This document shows, piece by piece, positions 62,588 through 64,000 of a DNA stretch of 64,000 nt (position 1 is the stretch's first letter; each line of letters starts with the position of its first letter). Both the position numbers and the translations under genes were made by a program. Source of the DNA: an uncultured Chloroflexia bacterium (GTDB taxonomy: Bacteria; Chloroflexota; Anaerolineae; CG2-30-64-16); assembly GCA_963841825.1 (NCBI GenBank), contig CAWJEL010000010.1, positions 134,903 to 198,902 on the forward strand, given 5' to 3'. The notes under the pieces were generated by a model, which searched no databases, was not told the origin of the DNA, and worked only from the letters and a program-made list of their open reading frames with translations.

Positions 62588-64000
62588 ATGAAACAGTATG
62601 GTTTGAACTCACGTGCCAGGTGGCTTCTGGCTGGCGCGGCAATGATCTGGTTGGCCCTCATACTCGCGGTATTGCCAGGCGGCGTGAAGGCTGCCGACAC
62701 GCCGATACCCGCGGTCAGCCTGACCGTGCCGCCGGAGAGCTTCATCGGCGAAACCTTGTCCTTTACTGCCAGCTTCTCTAATACCTCCGGGACCGATCCA
62801 GGCTACGGGCCGTATATTGACCTGATCTTTCCGGTAAACGGCGCCGACGGCGCGCCCAATCCGGACGGCATCAATTTCAGCAGCGCGACCTACCTGGGTC
62901 AGCCCATTACAGCGATCCAATTGCCGTTCCCTGCCGCCCCCGGCTGCGTATCCCATCCCTACGCGCTTGATAGCACGGGTACACCGGTACAGGTCTGCGG
63001 CAACCCGGGTGACAAGTTGGTCGTGCTGCAACTGCCTTTCGGCTCCTTCACCCCCGGCCAGCCACCGGCAGCGGTGACTGTCAACGCGACGGTGAGCAAC
63101 CTGGCGGACCTGGGCACGCCGTTGACCATCCAGGCCAGAGGTGGTTTCCAGTTCGGCGCGGACCCGCTGAACAATCCGACGACCGATCCGACGATCATCG
63201 GCACATTCGTCACCGCCAATGTCACACCCACCGTGCTGAAGATGACCAAGACCTATATCGGTCCGGAGAATGAGACCGCGACCGGCCCTAATTACCCGCG
63301 GCAATACCGGATCACCGTGGACCTCGCGGACGGGCAGACGATCACCGACCTGGACCTGACCGATATACTGCCCAATAACTTGCAGTTCGTGCAGGTGGAT
63401 TCGACCACCATTCGGAGCGTGGCGATCGCCACGACCGCGATCGCCACGCCTAGCACGACGATGCCGGGCGGCACGTTGACGCGGCGGTTCGCATCGGTGA
63501 CCGGCACCACAGCCGGCAATGACGCGACGCTGACGTTCACCTTCTACGTCCCGCTGAACGCCTCGGACGGCAATCCGGTGATCGATGCGGCCACCGGCGA
63601 CGATGCCACCTCGATCGACGACGCCAAGACGCAAGGAAGTTGGACCCCCATCGACACGCGCGATGCCGCGCAGACTGTGAGCAGCGACGCGACCACAAAT
63701 GACCATACCTTGACCGACAAATCGATCGCGATCCAGAAGAATGTGGGGGTGTACACCGACACCCTCGTGGCCGGACCGACGCCGGGCGACACCCTGCAAT
63801 ACACCCTCACCTTCCAGATTTCCGACTTCTTTGCTTTCCAGGGCATCGTCATCACCGACACGATCTCCGATGGCCAGCACCTGGATGCCAGCTTCACGCC
63901 GACCCTCTCTGTCAACGGCAACACCTTCACGCTGGTTGCGGCGCCGATGGCGGCCGCCAACTACAGCGTTATCTGCAACTACAGCCCCACCGGTGGGTTG
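62588..64000 (+). CDS. Secreted DUF11/isopeptide-adhesin-like surface protein, 3' end outside window
   Basis: This ORF is not in the supplied track because it has no stop within the window. ATG 62588 opens MKQYGLNSRARWLLAGAAMIWLALILAVLPGGVKA (signal peptide). It is followed by ..TDLDLTDILPNNLQFVQVDS.., ..PGDTLQYTLTFQ.. and ..ITDTISDGQHLD.., which are typical of TIGR01451/DUF11-type repeats. The frame stays open to nt 64000. Confidence 0.7.
   Translation, partial: MKQYGLNSRARWLLAGAAMIWLALILAVLPGGVKAADTPIPAVSLTVPPESFIGETLSFTASFSNTSGTDPGYGPYIDLIFPVNGADGAPNPDGINFSSATYLGQPITAIQLPFPAAPGCVSHPYALDSTGTPVQVCGNPGDKLVVLQLPFGSFTPGQPPAAVTVNATVSNLADLGTPLTIQARGGFQFGADPLNNPTTDPTIIGTFVTANVTPTVLKMTKTYIGPENETATGPNYPRQYRITVDLADGQTITDLDLTDILPNNLQFVQVDSTTIRSVAIATTAIATPSTTMPGGTLTRRFASVTGTTAGNDATLTFTFYVPLNASDGNPVIDAATGDDATSIDDAKTQGSWTPIDTRDAAQTVSSDATTNDHTLTDKSIAIQKNVGVYTDTLVAGPTPGDTLQYTLTFQISDFFAFQGIVITDTISDGQHLDASFTPTLSVNGNTFTLVAAPMAAANYSVICNYSPTGGL

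Overview
High-GC (~63-66% by eye) bacterial chromosome segment. The gene content suggests a filamentous Chloroflexota-like organism; that assignment is inference only. Almost all genes are on the + strand.

The left third (1-20.2 kb) is housekeeping and envelope genes:
- two polytopic glycosyltransferase-like membrane proteins
- etfB and etfA
- rpsA carrying an unusual 48-bp tandem-repeat tail
- a DksA/TraR zinc-finger protein
- a DHH-CBS-nucleotidyltransferase fusion
- an ECF sigma / anti-sigma / DUF5666 module
- two Yip1-like membrane proteins
- moeA

An intact IS4-like insertion sequence with 18-bp inverted repeats and a 9-bp target duplication sits at 20.28-21.62 kb.

The remaining ~42 kb is dominated by secreted and surface-protein genes:
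- three tandem subtilisin (S8)-malectin proteases
- an SdrD-B-repeat protein
- a 44-aa-repeat beta-propeller-like protein
- two giant DNRLRE/SdrD-B-repeat proteins (about 2600 aa and 2401 aa); the second has an embedded S8 protease
- the start of another DUF11-type adhesin

These genes flank a tightly overlapping GH3-like ligase / SAM methyltransferase / 7TM histidine kinase / OmpR regulator operon and an orphan receiver gene.

A 32-nt motif with fixed internal spacing recurs upstream of four of these transcription units. It is the best candidate here for an undescribed regulatory circuit.

Several small repeat families are present: heptamer-repeat hairpin elements (some inside ORFs), a 146-bp MITE-like element in three copies, and nested palindromes.

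The sequence has more than 35 reading-frame disruptions, and they are strongly clustered. This points to local consensus errors or real decay, and read-level evidence is needed to decide. The many long antisense ORFs in the six-frame track are high-GC shadow ORFs.
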